A stretch of 31,895 bases of DNA from Chthonomonadales bacterium. GTDB lineage: Bacteria > Armatimonadota > Chthonomonadetes > Chthonomonadales > Chthonomonadaceae. The stretch lies in assembly GCA_038217285.1 (NCBI GenBank), contig JBBQPO010000030.1, positions 1-31,895 on the forward strand, written 5' to 3'. A program made the translations under genes and the position numbers. Below are positions 9,004 through 18,360 of this stretch, in pieces (within the stretch, counting starts at the first letter, position 1; every line of letters begins with the position of its first letter). Below the pieces are notes generated by a model. That model ran no database searches. It saw nothing but the letters and a program-made list of their open reading frames with translations, and was not told the DNA's origin.

Positions 9004-9192
9004 CTAACTCTTCTGTTTGGAATATAGACCGAAGAAAAACGCGGTGAGACCGGCGTAGAAGCCCAGATGGACCAACTGGATCAGCGGTTGGATATTGTAA
9101 ACGAGGTGCCGATCAACGACGGCACCCAGAACGACGAGGGTTTCAAGACCGGTCGTTATCAGAGCGATGAGGGTGGCAGTCTTAAGGTTCAT
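9004..9192 (-). CDS. Small two-TM membrane protein (62 aa)
   Basis: SD GGAGA before ATG 9192; MNLKTATLIALI...FFFGLYSKQKS. Confidence 0.7.
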   Translation of the reverse strand: MNLKTATLIALITTGLETLVVLGAVVDRHLVYNIQPLIQLVHLGFYAGLTAFFFGLYSKQKS

Positions 9193-9230
9193 CTGTTCTC
9201 CAGGGCGCCAGCGGGTGGCGCCCGGTTCCA

Positions 9231-9476
9231 TTACCGTGGTCGGCGCATCGTCACCACGAAATATTCAATCAGATTCGATTTCGCTCCGAGGAGAGCGCCG
9301 AGACATCCAGGCGTTGTAATGACGCCCAGGGTATCGACGCGGAAGAACTCCCAGCCGCGGGAAGCCCAGTCGTTGACGACCTGTTCCAGATAGAAGGCTG
9401 CCTCATGTCCGCGGGCCTCCTTTGCCTGCACCGAGATCGTTGGGGGCATTTGAATCATTTTGTACTCGTAGAGCAT
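9231..9476 (-). CDS. DUF4177 domain-containing protein
   Basis: SD AAGGAGGA; YEYKMI...VNDWASRGWEFFRVD...VVTMRRP pattern. Confidence 0.85.
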   Translation of the reverse strand: MLYEYKMIQMPPTISVQAKEARGHEAAFYLEQVVNDWASRGWEFFRVDTLGVITTPGCLGALLGAKSNLIEYFVVTMRRPR

Positions 9477-9505
9477 TCTGTCCTCCTTAAAATTGTGGGC
9501 CGATT

Positions 9506-9697
9506 CTAGCCGTAAGCTTTTTCGTAATCCCACCAGACATTTGCGGACCCGCAGTAAGGGCATCGGTCTCCGTTCTTACAGTTGTTGCAGAACATGTGCT
9601 CCTTGTCCTTACACTTGTGGAGTTGGATATATCCGCCCGTCCAGTCATAATCCTTGGGCTTGATATGACACTTCGGGCACTCCGAATACTGACTCAT
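9506..9697 (-). CDS. Small Cys/His zinc-binding protein, RING-like
   Basis: SD AAAGGAG; C-x2-C-x18-C-x4-H-x2-C-x2-C-x5-C-x2-C. Confidence 0.75.
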   Translation of the reverse strand: MSQYSECPKCHIKPKDYDWTGGYIQLHKCKDKEHMFCNNCKNGDRCPYCGSANVWWDYEKAYG

Positions 9698-9795
9698 TCG
9701 CTTCTCCTTTCATAGGAACGCAGCACGATTTCCGTTAGATCGTCTGTACAATCCACGCTGCCAACCTCACGTCTCCTCGCAGCATTTTTGTCCGC

Positions 9796-11208
9796 TTACT
9801 TCTTATCTTTCGGCATCACATCGCAAGCTGTGCGGTAGGGAGAAAAGTCCGCCCAGATACGTCCCTGTGCCTTCGGGTCAACGACAATGGTATCCCATTT
9901 TGTCGGGTCAGCGGTGTGCTTGACCATGATTTTGATCGGCTGACCTGGCTCGAAGACTGCGGGATCATATTGGTAAAGACCCCCGTACGACTTATCCTTT
10001 ATTTTGACCCACGAACTATCGTACATCGCTGTAACCGCAACACGATTGCGACGGAGGGGTTCGATCAACGTTTCGCCGCGGTAGAGTCGCATTTCGGAGA
10101 AGTCGGCGCTGAACTCGAACGCTTTCTTCGTCCCGATAGGGACCAGCACTGCCGCGCCTATGATCGCACCCAGAATACCGCGCCTCTTGCTTCCGGATGT
10201 CTCCCGTATCTGTGGCCGCAGGCTGAACGTTACGGTCGCCTGATCGGCGGTTCCTACATACTGTTCCCAGAACCGAACTGGATCCGTGTTAGCCTTACCA
10301 TCGGCTTTTTGTCGCCGCCCTTTGTTTTTAGCGACAGCCCTATCGATTTCAGCCCTCTCAGAGGCGACGATAAACGGCGTAAGGATAACGGCGTCGAAGC
10401 CGTGCACGTTGAGCTTTTCCGGCTTTATCACCCGCTGCGCTGCGTCTGAGAGGGCCGCAGCCGGCACGGGAACCGGCGAAATGTCGGGAAGCATCGTGAC
10501 GGCAGGCAGGGTTAATCCTGCAAGCTTTGTACGGGCCTGGTCAAGCGCATGGGATACTTTACTGATAGCGATGATGCCGGAAATCCCGGGACCGCCCTGT
10601 TCGGTAAAGTCGCCGAAGGTAGTAATGCCGATCGCCTGACCGGAGAGATTGAGCAAAGGCCCCCCCGAGCTGCCGTGATTTACGTTGACGTTCGAGATTA
10701 TTACATCGTTTTCAACCTTCGATACGATGCCTGTGGTGAGGACTGTGTCCTGGTGAAGTGGGTTACCGATGGCCAGAACCCGCTCACCCTCCACAGCAAG
10801 GACACCGTGGAGGGTGTCGGCAAGGGGGATCACCGCAAACGATTTTACAGCGGCCGGATTGAAGCATACGACAGCAACGTCGGCCTCTTTATCTTCAAAA
10901 ACGACAGTAGCCAGCACACGAATCCCACGTCCAAAACGCAACGCGAGCCATTCGGTCCCATTCGTCACATGTTGATTGGTGAGTACGAGGCCGCGCTTGT
11001 CTACGACAAACCCGCTGCCATGGCCGAAATCGCTCTCGACGGTGACGACTCCGCTTTTTTCGGCCTGATATATTTGCGCCTCTTCGCTAATCGTGTGCGC
11101 GCCATTTGCGTCGGCTTGCTTCCCCGTTGGCGCGGCCCGTATCAAGGATACGGGTACGCAAAGCGAGACGATGGTGAGTAAGGAGCCGAGCATTAAACGA
11201 ACTTTCAT
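9796..11208 (-). CDS. Secreted trypsin-like (S1C/Trypsin_2) serine protease
   Basis: Signal peptide; GSGFVV, LTNQHV (His), ADVAVV (Asp), IGNP, NHGSSGGP (Ser); uncharacterised C-terminal domain. Confidence 0.9.
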   Translation of the reverse strand: MKVRLMLGSLLTIVSLCVPVSLIRAAPTGKQADANGAHTISEEAQIYQAEKSGVVTVESDFGHGSGFVVDKRGLVLTNQHVTNGTEWLALRFGRGIRVLATVVFEDKEADVAVVCFNPAAVKSFAVIPLADTLHGVLAVEGERVLAIGNPLHQDTVLTTGIVSKVENDVIISNVNVNHGSSGGPLLNLSGQAIGITTFGDFTEQGGPGISGIIAISKVSHALDQARTKLAGLTLPAVTMLPDISPVPVPAAALSDAAQRVIKPEKLNVHGFDAVILTPFIVASERAEIDRAVAKNKGRRQKADGKANTDPVRFWEQYVGTADQATVTFSLRPQIRETSGSKRRGILGAIIGAAVLVPIGTKKAFEFSADFSEMRLYRGETLIEPLRRNRVAVTAMYDSSWVKIKDKSYGGLYQYDPAVFEPGQPIKIMVKHTADPTKWDTIVVDPKAQGRIWADFSPYRTACDVMPKDKK

Positions 11209-11324
11209 GGAGGCTATTCCTTCCTGTATATTGGCGCGCGCCCGAGATCTATGCGAGCGGTGACGCGCCGATAGTGTCGATGTCCAGATGCGCTGCAGAG
11301 TGCGAATTTATCGCGGCCAGCTCG

Positions 11325-12716
11325 CTATTGAGTGTAGTAGTAGTCGCTGGTTCCGGTGAGGGAGCCATAAGTAAACTTCACGACGACATGGCGCAGTTTG
11401 CCGGTCATTGAGGTGTCGGGAGTGATAAAGCTCAACTGCATCTGTCCATTGAGCTGACTGGCGATCCTCTGATAGACACTTTTCAGATCGGTGGCAGACG
11501 GCGTGAACGTGAAGGTGCCGCCGGTCTGAGCGGCGACTTGTTGCAGTGAAGCCTGGTCTGCATCACTTCCGAGCCCGAGCGTAAAGACCGGTATGCCTTT
11601 CTGCTTTGCGGCGCTAATGACGTCTGCCTGCGTCTTGCTGCCACTGTTGGACTTACCATCGGTCAATGCCAGAACCGCTGTTCTGCCCGTCTGATTCGAC
11701 GTGTCTGCCACCGCTTGTGACAGCGCATTATAGAGTGAAGTATCCCCACCGAATCGCGAAAACTGATTCGTTATTGCGGCTTTAAGCAACGCCTTATCCG
11801 TCGTAAAAGACTGCGTTACTTCTACCGTTGTGTCGAAATTAATCACCTCGGCGGAGTCTACTGGCTGGATGAGATCGATGAAGCTTGATGCCGACGCTTC
11901 CAGAGCGTCGTTTTTTGTGAGCGAACTGCTCGAGTCCGTAACATCACTCATACTGCCGCTACGGTCGCAGACGAGAGCGACAGACAGGTTACGGCTGTCC
12001 TGAAGGACGGTTCGCACGTCGGTAATGGCTGCGGGAGCCCCATCTTCTGTGACGGTGAAGTTGCCTGCGTTGAGGTTGGTGATCGGGTTACCGTTCTGGT
12101 CGCGGATCAGCTGCAGCGTGAGGAGGTTGGGAAAGGAGCCCTGCAGAATCTGATTGATCGTAATGGCCACAGACGTAATCGGTGCACCTGTACCTGGCGC
12201 GCCGGGATCGGAAACGCGGATGTCTGCCGGAAAGGGCTCTCCTGGACTGATGGTATGCGCCTGGGTATCCACTCCCCCACCCAGTTTCGTGCCCGCCAGA
12301 AGATCGGGACTATCAAAGGCCACGGGAATCGGATGGGAACTATAGAACGGGTTGGTCTGATCGACCTGCCGCGCTTCAACGGCAAAACGGCGATTGTGGC
12401 CCGCCAGAATGTTGACGGAGAACGCTGTCGTAACGTCAAATGTCGGGCGATCGACGATGTAGGCCATGGCCCCCGGTATATCGTCTGCCGTGACGTAGAG
12501 GATGATCCGATTGGTATTGGCCGGAATAGCCCTTGTATTGCGTGGCGGCCAGTGGATGGTAAATGTCGCTGTCGCTTTCCGGCCGACAGAAGCTTCGATG
12601 ATGTGTGGGCTTTTCACAACTGCCTTGCTGACCGTCGCTTTGCCTCCTCCGCATCCCGAGATGACCAGTGCGATCAAGAGCGGGAGCAGATTCGCGGGGT
12701 GGTGCCAGTTTCGCAT
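11325..12716 (-). CDS. VWA domain-containing lipoprotein
   Basis: Lipobox ISGC-GGG from ATG 12716; MIDAS DRSGS, TSLYNAL, LTDG, VFTLGLG. Confidence 0.88.
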   Translation of the reverse strand: MRNWHHPANLLPLLIALVISGCGGGKATVSKAVVKSPHIIEASVGRKATATFTIHWPPRNTRAIPANTNRIILYVTADDIPGAMAYIVDRPTFDVTTAFSVNILAGHNRRFAVEARQVDQTNPFYSSHPIPVAFDSPDLLAGTKLGGGVDTQAHTISPGEPFPADIRVSDPGAPGTGAPITSVAITINQILQGSFPNLLTLQLIRDQNGNPITNLNAGNFTVTEDGAPAAITDVRTVLQDSRNLSVALVCDRSGSMSDVTDSSSSLTKNDALEASASSFIDLIQPVDSAEVINFDTTVEVTQSFTTDKALLKAAITNQFSRFGGDTSLYNALSQAVADTSNQTGRTAVLALTDGKSNSGSKTQADVISAAKQKGIPVFTLGLGSDADQASLQQVAAQTGGTFTFTPSATDLKSVYQRIASQLNGQMQLSFITPDTSMTGKLRHVVVKFTYGSLTGTSDYYYTQ

Positions 12717-12762
12717 GGATGGTTTTCCTCTCCGCAGCGGCGACAGGCCGCCGCAAAGGCTA

Positions 12763-14220
12763 TCAGTGAATATTGAAGTTGCCGCCGCCGAAGTCCTGAT
12801 TCCGGATCCAGGTCGACAGTGTCTGCTTCTCAGGGACGCCATGGTCGTCGATATTTATGTCGATTAGGGGGAGATTCGAGTGGACGACATGCATCAGGAT
12901 CTGGTGACCTGACGGCATTTTGCCGAATTGGTCGAGGGGAATATGGCTCCCAGACGCGCTGGAGAGGTACACAACCCCATCGCTCGCTCCGCCTTGCAGA
13001 AAAAGCTGGGTAACGTTCTCCCAGTGAGCGTTAGCGTCGGTCTCTGTTACCGTGACACTGCCAACGACCGTGTAGTAGTTCGTACTCCCCTTAAACGGGG
13101 TGCCATTAAGGTTCCGCAGAAATGCCGAATCGCTATGCATAGCTTGGAGGGCAGATGCATGAATGCTCGTACCGTTTGCCACGCCGCCTGCATTCACGGC
13201 ATCGGCAGGAATACCCTCGTTCGGTGTGCCGAGCATAACAAGCATTGTGGCACCGCTTGCGCCCCCCTTTTCGATCGCGTACCGGGAGACGAGTCCTCCC
13301 TGGCTGTGGCTGAATAGATAGATGCGGTTGCCATTCTGCAGCAGAGGAGTCAGGACGTTTGCAAGCTCTTGCCCGGTCTGATCCGGAGGCTTATTTGTAG
13401 TGTCATAATTAGCGCCGACCACATAATCGAAATATGGTATGGTGTCCTCATCGCTGGCGAATTTCAAGCCACTTAGGAAACTGCCAAGCGGATTATAGTC
13501 GGAGCATGTATTCCAGGTTCCCGGCACGACAACGGCAATCCGCTTTCCCGATACGCCGTTCAGCCTTTGCCAATCGTCTGCGACGAAGCTGCCTGGGCGT
13601 CCCCCGCCCGATGTAAACAGGCAGCGGGCAAGGGGAGGCGATACAACCGTTACAGAAGGCGATTGCGCAAGCCCTATGGTCAAGGTTGAGACCGTGCTGT
13701 AATCGCCCGGATCGTATTCCGTACCGTCCCATTTTGCATGAAGTAGCGCAGGTGGAATCTGAGTCGCCATCGTGCCGGACTGTGGATCGAATGTTGACTG
13801 TAACGGAATAGGCTGCGCAATGTCAGATCGGGCTGCGTAGACGACACCGTTCGTCGTATCGAACCCGGCAGGATAGGTCGCCTGGAATGTTATGGTTCCA
13901 TCTCCTGGTGCCCGGTGCAGGTGGGCTGCGCGGCCCTCTGTCCCTGAAAAAGCAATCCGATAGGCTGGAGCGCCCGTCGTATCCAGTGCGGGGGTTGTCA
14001 CATGTGGGGACGTGCTCGTGATAGTAACGACCACGTCATGCCCGAGCGCTGAAGGCGGGAAAGTAAGCGTCGCACTGCGATCTGCAGAAGTGACTGTCCC
14101 CCCGGCGATTCCGATGGAAGGAGGTGCTGAGGAACCCCCGCCTCCGCAACCCGCGAACGCGGTCGAGAAGACGGTGAGGAACAACAAGAGCAGTCCGGAC
14201 GTTCGAATGTTGATTGTCAT
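12763..14220 (-). CDS. Alpha/beta-hydrolase (PGAP1/lipase-like) lipoprotein
   Basis: SD AGGAGG, lipobox FAGC-GGGG, nucleophile elbow SHSQGGLVSR, LGTPNEG, SDGVV, HVVHSNL. Confidence 0.85.
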   Translation of the reverse strand: MTINIRTSGLLLLFLTVFSTAFAGCGGGGSSAPPSIGIAGGTVTSADRSATLTFPPSALGHDVVVTITSTSPHVTTPALDTTGAPAYRIAFSGTEGRAAHLHRAPGDGTITFQATYPAGFDTTNGVVYAARSDIAQPIPLQSTFDPQSGTMATQIPPALLHAKWDGTEYDPGDYSTVSTLTIGLAQSPSVTVVSPPLARCLFTSGGGRPGSFVADDWQRLNGVSGKRIAVVVPGTWNTCSDYNPLGSFLSGLKFASDEDTIPYFDYVVGANYDTTNKPPDQTGQELANVLTPLLQNGNRIYLFSHSQGGLVSRYAIEKGGASGATMLVMLGTPNEGIPADAVNAGGVANGTSIHASALQAMHSDSAFLRNLNGTPFKGSTNYYTVVGSVTVTETDANAHWENVTQLFLQGGASDGVVYLSSASGSHIPLDQFGKMPSGHQILMHVVHSNLPLIDINIDDHGVPEKQTLSTWIRNQDFGGGNFNIH

Positions 14221-14318
14221 GAGCAACACCTCCTGATAATAAGCGTTAAACTATCACGAAGCGGTTTCTTGCGGTTCTTGCACCGCATCGTGATGGAGTT
14301 GTTCGAAGAGTCGATCAA

Positions 14319-14933
14319 CTAGAACCGTGCCCCCACCAGAAACATCGAGGCGACGCCCGTGCTTGAACCGAGACCTCTGAGTTCCAGAGTAAATCGTCCC
14401 AGGTCTACGCCGAAGCCCTCGGTAAAGACACCGGACTGCAGACCACTGCCGGTCGCAACTCCAAGGCCAAGGGCATAGTAAGCGATTCCGTGTCCCCCGA
14501 AGCGCCAGCGATATTCCGTGGTAAGAGCCTCTGCGTTCGATCCGGAAGCGTTCACGAACCAGAGAGTGGCGACCGCCTCGTGGCGCGTCGGTCGGAAATA
14601 CGACCAGTCGATCTTGGCAGCCAACCCAGAACTGGTGCTGGAGTCGCCGCCGGTGTTTGAGAGAGAGGTGATGCCGACCGCGACATGAAAACGATGCTGC
14701 AGCCCCTTGTCCGGATTGTCGGCGTCGGCAGGCGCAGCGCAGATTCGCGAAGCGGGCGTTCGAAGAGTCCGAAATGCTGGCGATACGACGAAATTGGGAG
14801 GGAGAACGGCCGTACGCATCGCAGGCGGTACCGCACTCACGGTAAGGAGCGATGGCGGTGTTTGTTGCGCCGCTGCAGACAGTGAGAGGCAGGACGCCAG
14901 AATGAGGATCGCAATTCCGGTATAGAGTTTCAA
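14319..14933 (-). CDS. Secreted protein, probable small outer-membrane beta-barrel
   Basis: SD AAAGGAG before TTG 14933, signal peptide ending AAA-QQ, amphipathic strands (EYRWRF, YYALGLG, FTLELR), C-terminal FLVGARF. Confidence 0.6.
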   Translation of the reverse strand: MKLYTGIAILILASCLSLSAAAQQTPPSLLTVSAVPPAMRTAVLPPNFVVSPAFRTLRTPASRICAAPADADNPDKGLQHRFHVAVGITSLSNTGGDSSTSSGLAAKIDWSYFRPTRHEAVATLWFVNASGSNAEALTTEYRWRFGGHGIAYYALGLGVATGSGLQSGVFTEGFGVDLGRFTLELRGLGSSTGVASMFLVGARF

Positions 14934-15098
14934 ATCGCAGTTCTCCTTTGAGTGGTGGCTTTGTAGATCAGTGGGTCGTGAGAGCTCAGAATCCGACAAT
15001 CAAAACTTAGGGTCTATAAATCCTCGATACCCCGATTTCAGCAAGCAGCAATAATCAAAGATCGGGAGAGCACTTTTGCAGACCCTAAGCGCCCTGTG

Positions 15099-15290
15099 CT
15101 AGGCGCGTACGACGACGGTCTTCGCAATATTGTCGCCGATGCGTCGTTGCGTTGTCAGCACAAGAACGACCTCAATCAGGTTTATCGCGGCAAGCAGGCC
15201 CGCCCCCAACGCGATTCCCGCGAAGGGAATCGCGGCCAGAAGCGATACAAGAACAAGTATGAAGCAAGCCAGGGGGTAGTTAATAGGCAT
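15099..15290 (-). pseudogene. C-terminal fragment of an RDD family membrane protein
   Basis: NYPLA...IEVVLVLTTQRRIGDNIAKTVVV is the RDD C-terminal signature; the N-terminal half is absent and there is no SD. Confidence 0.6.
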
Positions 15291-15293
15291 TCT

Positions 15294-15312
15294 GTGACAG
15301 AAACGTGACAGA
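15294..15312. promoter_or_regulatory. 11-bp-phased direct repeat (SARP/OmpR-type operator, Pho-box-like)
   Basis: GTGACAGA at 15294-15301 and 15305-15312; minus strand reads CTGTCAC-GTTT-CTGTCAC; about 80 nt upstream of the SARP gene. Confidence 0.6.
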
Positions 15313-15391
15313 TGGGGCGTTTTTGTCTGATGGCTTAGGAATATGAGGACGAACGACGAATAGGGTACGTAGTTTCAGCAAGAGGAAGAAC

Positions 15392-18220
15392 ATGACCCCA
15401 TCCGCCGTATCCGATCTGTCCATTCATCTGTTCGGTATCATGACCGTTCGTAAAGGCGGCTTGCCTGTTTCAGGATTCCGGACCCAGAAGTCGAAATGGC
15501 TCCTGGCTTACCTGGTCCTCCAGCAGGGCAAAGCGGTCGAGTACGAGGTGTTGGGACAGACGCTCTGGCCGGGAACGGATAGTGAACACGCCGTCATCAG
15601 TGTGCGCCAATGCGTCAGCGACCTGAATGCCTTGCTGGGCAGTGAGGCGCTCTACAAGCTGTCCCGGAGCGAGGTAGGGATCGATCTCACGCAGGTCTAT
15701 GTGGACGTCTTCGCCTTCGACGTCGCCGTCCGACATCAGGATCCAGTCTCCCTCCTGACAGCGATCGAGCTTTACGAGGGAGATCTTCTGGAGGGCTGCC
15801 ACGAGACGTGGCTGCTGCGAGCGCGTGAGGCCCGGCGACAGGACTACGAGCAGGCGCTTGACCGTCTTATTGAACAGACGCAGGCCGGTGGGGACTACGA
15901 TGCGACCGAGAAATACCTGCGTCGGGCCATTGCGGCAGAGGGGCATAAGGAGACGAAGCGATGCAGTCTGATGCGCCTTCTGGCGCGGCGAGGCGAATAC
16001 AATGCGGCTGTAGAGGTCTACACTCAGTTTCGTTCCCTGCTGCATGACCCCCACATGGAGCCCGGTCAAGAGATCACACGGCTGTGGCGGGAGATTCGGG
16101 AGAAGGCCCGACAGGTCTCCGGAAAACGAGCTTCTGTCGGCTCTCCCCTCTATCGCTTACCGCTGGCCATGAAGGTGTTGGTGGGGCGTCAGCGGGCGAT
16201 AGCGGAAGTGGCGGATCTGTTTACGTTGCGGCGGCTGATCACGCTTACAGGCTCTCCGGGCATCGGTAAGACACAGATAGCTCTCCACGTCGCGGAGCAG
16301 CTACGCGAGGACTATTCGGACGGCACCGTCTTTCTGGACTTGACGGATGTGAAGAACGAGGGGCATCTATGGCGATCGCTACTGAGCGCGCTGCAGGGGA
16401 TGCATCAGCCCCATCAGAGTGTGGAAGAGACCGTTGTCGCGCAACTCGAAACCAGGCAGATGCTTCTCATCCTCGACAGTTGCGAACATCTGGTAGATCG
16501 TTGCACGAACGTTGTCCGCGAACTTCTCCAGACATGTTCTTTCCTGCGCATCCTGACGACGAGCCACAAAGCCTGGGGGACCATACCAGGCGAACGTGTC
16601 TATATCGTGCCTCCGCTCACGGTGCCCGGATCCGGTTGGCTACAGCATCTGCCTGCCGCTCCCCTGGCAGAGTTGATGGCCTGTTCCGCCGCCCGCCTGT
16701 TTCTGGAACGTGCGCAGGAGATACTTCCGGATTTTGACCTCAGTCTGGACAATGCCAGGAGCGTTGCGCTCCTCTGCCGTCACCTGGACGGTATTCCCCT
16801 TGCTATCACGCAGGCGGCCGGCTGGCTAAAAACGTTGTCGCCCGAACAGATACTGGCACGTCTGACAGAAGGACTGGATCTCTTACAGGAGTCCCGCCAG
16901 ATCATGCCGATCCGCCATCGCAGGTTGATTACGGCGATAGAAGTAAGTTACCAGCTTCTTCCGCTGCCACTGCAGAGTCTCTTTCGCCAGTTGGCCGTCT
17001 TTCACGACGGCTGGTCGCTCGAAGCGGCAGAGGCTGTCTGCCGAGGCACACGTCTTCTGGAAGGCATACGAGAGCTTCAGGAGCGTTCCCTCGTCGAAGG
17101 CACCCCTAACGGCGCGGAGCGGCGCTGCCGACTGCTGGAAACGATGCGACAGTACGGAGCGCAGCTGCTGGCGCAATCTGCGGAAACAGCGACATTGCGC
17201 CGTCGTCACTGCGACTATTTCCTCGGCATTGCCGAGGCGGCCGAAGCGGAGCTTATGGGGCCGCATCAGGGGGCCAGCCTGGCACACATCGAGACTGAGT
17301 TCGGGAACCTCGTAGCCGCGATGGAATGGACGTGCGAAGCCGGTGAACGGGAAATGGGATTGCGCGTGGCCGGCGCGCTCTGGCGCTACTGGCATATTCG
17401 GGGTCACTATGAAGATGGGCTTTACTGGTTGGAGCGTCTGCTGTCACAAGGGCAGGCCGTATCCGCGCCCGTCCGGTCTAAGGCTTTGAATGGGGCCGGT
17501 AACCTCGCCTGTCAATGGCAGGAATACACTCGGGCTCGATCCTACTTTTTAGAGAGACTTGTTCTGGAGGAGGGAACGCCTCGCGGTCTGGCGGGCACAT
17601 TGGGTGGCCTGGCAAACGTGGCATGCGCGCAGGGAGACTACGTCGAGGCCCGTACACTGTTCGAACGGGCGCTGATCTCGTTTCAATTGTTGAAAGACAC
17701 CCGTGGAATGGTCATGACACTCGGCAATCTGGCAGTCGTCGCCTGCAAAGAAGGGGACCTTTCTAGGGCCTGCGCTTATCATGAGGAGAGCGCCTCATTC
17801 TTCCGCAGTAGTGGGGACGGGCATCAACTCGCGATCGCTCTCAACAATCTGGCGGACATTCGAATTGCGCTCCAAGAATTTGCCGCCGCAACCCGCCTTA
17901 TCTCGGAAAGCCTGGAACTTAGCCGTCGTCTTGACAGCGTGGGCAACCTAGCGCACAGCATTACGCTTACCTTCTTCCTGCTCACACAGCGGGGCTCCTT
18001 AGAACCTGCCGCTGCTCTGCTTGGCGCACATGATGCGTTCCGTGAAAGAGTCATGTGCCCATTGCCGGAGGATGTACAGGCGGCACATCAGGAACATGTG
18101 GACCGTGTACGAGCGGGCATCGACTCCGAGACGTTTACCTGCGCTCGCAACAGAGGGAGCCTCCTCACTTTGGAAGAGATGGTCGCCCTTACCCGCACGT
18201 CTCTCGGCGCTGATCTATAA
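15392..18220 (+). CDS. AfsR/SARP family regulator: wHTH + BTAD + NB-ARC-like ATPase + TPR
   Basis: KWLLAYLVL/LWP, VDVFAFD, LYEGDLLEG; Walker A GSPGIGKT; LLILDSCEHL; LDGIPLAI; RLLETMRQY; C-terminal TPRs. Confidence 0.93.
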   Translation: MTPSAVSDLSIHLFGIMTVRKGGLPVSGFRTQKSKWLLAYLVLQQGKAVEYEVLGQTLWPGTDSEHAVISVRQCVSDLNALLGSEALYKLSRSEVGIDLTQVYVDVFAFDVAVRHQDPVSLLTAIELYEGDLLEGCHETWLLRAREARRQDYEQALDRLIEQTQAGGDYDATEKYLRRAIAAEGHKETKRCSLMRLLARRGEYNAAVEVYTQFRSLLHDPHMEPGQEITRLWREIREKARQVSGKRASVGSPLYRLPLAMKVLVGRQRAIAEVADLFTLRRLITLTGSPGIGKTQIALHVAEQLREDYSDGTVFLDLTDVKNEGHLWRSLLSALQGMHQPHQSVEETVVAQLETRQMLLILDSCEHLVDRCTNVVRELLQTCSFLRILTTSHKAWGTIPGERVYIVPPLTVPGSGWLQHLPAAPLAELMACSAARLFLERAQEILPDFDLSLDNARSVALLCRHLDGIPLAITQAAGWLKTLSPEQILARLTEGLDLLQESRQIMPIRHRRLITAIEVSYQLLPLPLQSLFRQLAVFHDGWSLEAAEAVCRGTRLLEGIRELQERSLVEGTPNGAERRCRLLETMRQYGAQLLAQSAETATLRRRHCDYFLGIAEAAEAELMGPHQGASLAHIETEFGNLVAAMEWTCEAGEREMGLRVAGALWRYWHIRGHYEDGLYWLERLLSQGQAVSAPVRSKALNGAGNLACQWQEYTRARSYFLERLVLEEGTPRGLAGTLGGLANVACAQGDYVEARTLFERALISFQLLKDTRGMVMTLGNLAVVACKEGDLSRACAYHEESASFFRSSGDGHQLAIALNNLADIRIALQEFAAATRLISESLELSRRLDSVGNLAHSITLTFFLLTQRGSLEPAAALLGAHDAFRERVMCPLPEDVQAAHQEHVDRVRAGIDSETFTCARNRGSLLTLEEMVALTRTSLGADL

Positions 18221-18360
18221 AGGGTTGGCTTCCGGAGAAATCACAGCACCGCCCCCTGTTGAAAGTGGGATCGGTGCTGCAGACAGCTACCTGATGGAGG
18301 CGTTCCGGACACCGTAGGCTCCGAATAAGGCCATGTCTTCAGGCAGCGATTCACATGCCG

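Noticed and set aside
9796-12716. VWA + trypsin as a MoxR-vWA ternary conflict system
   Set aside because: Both proteins are exported and no MoxR ATPase or VMAP gene is present.
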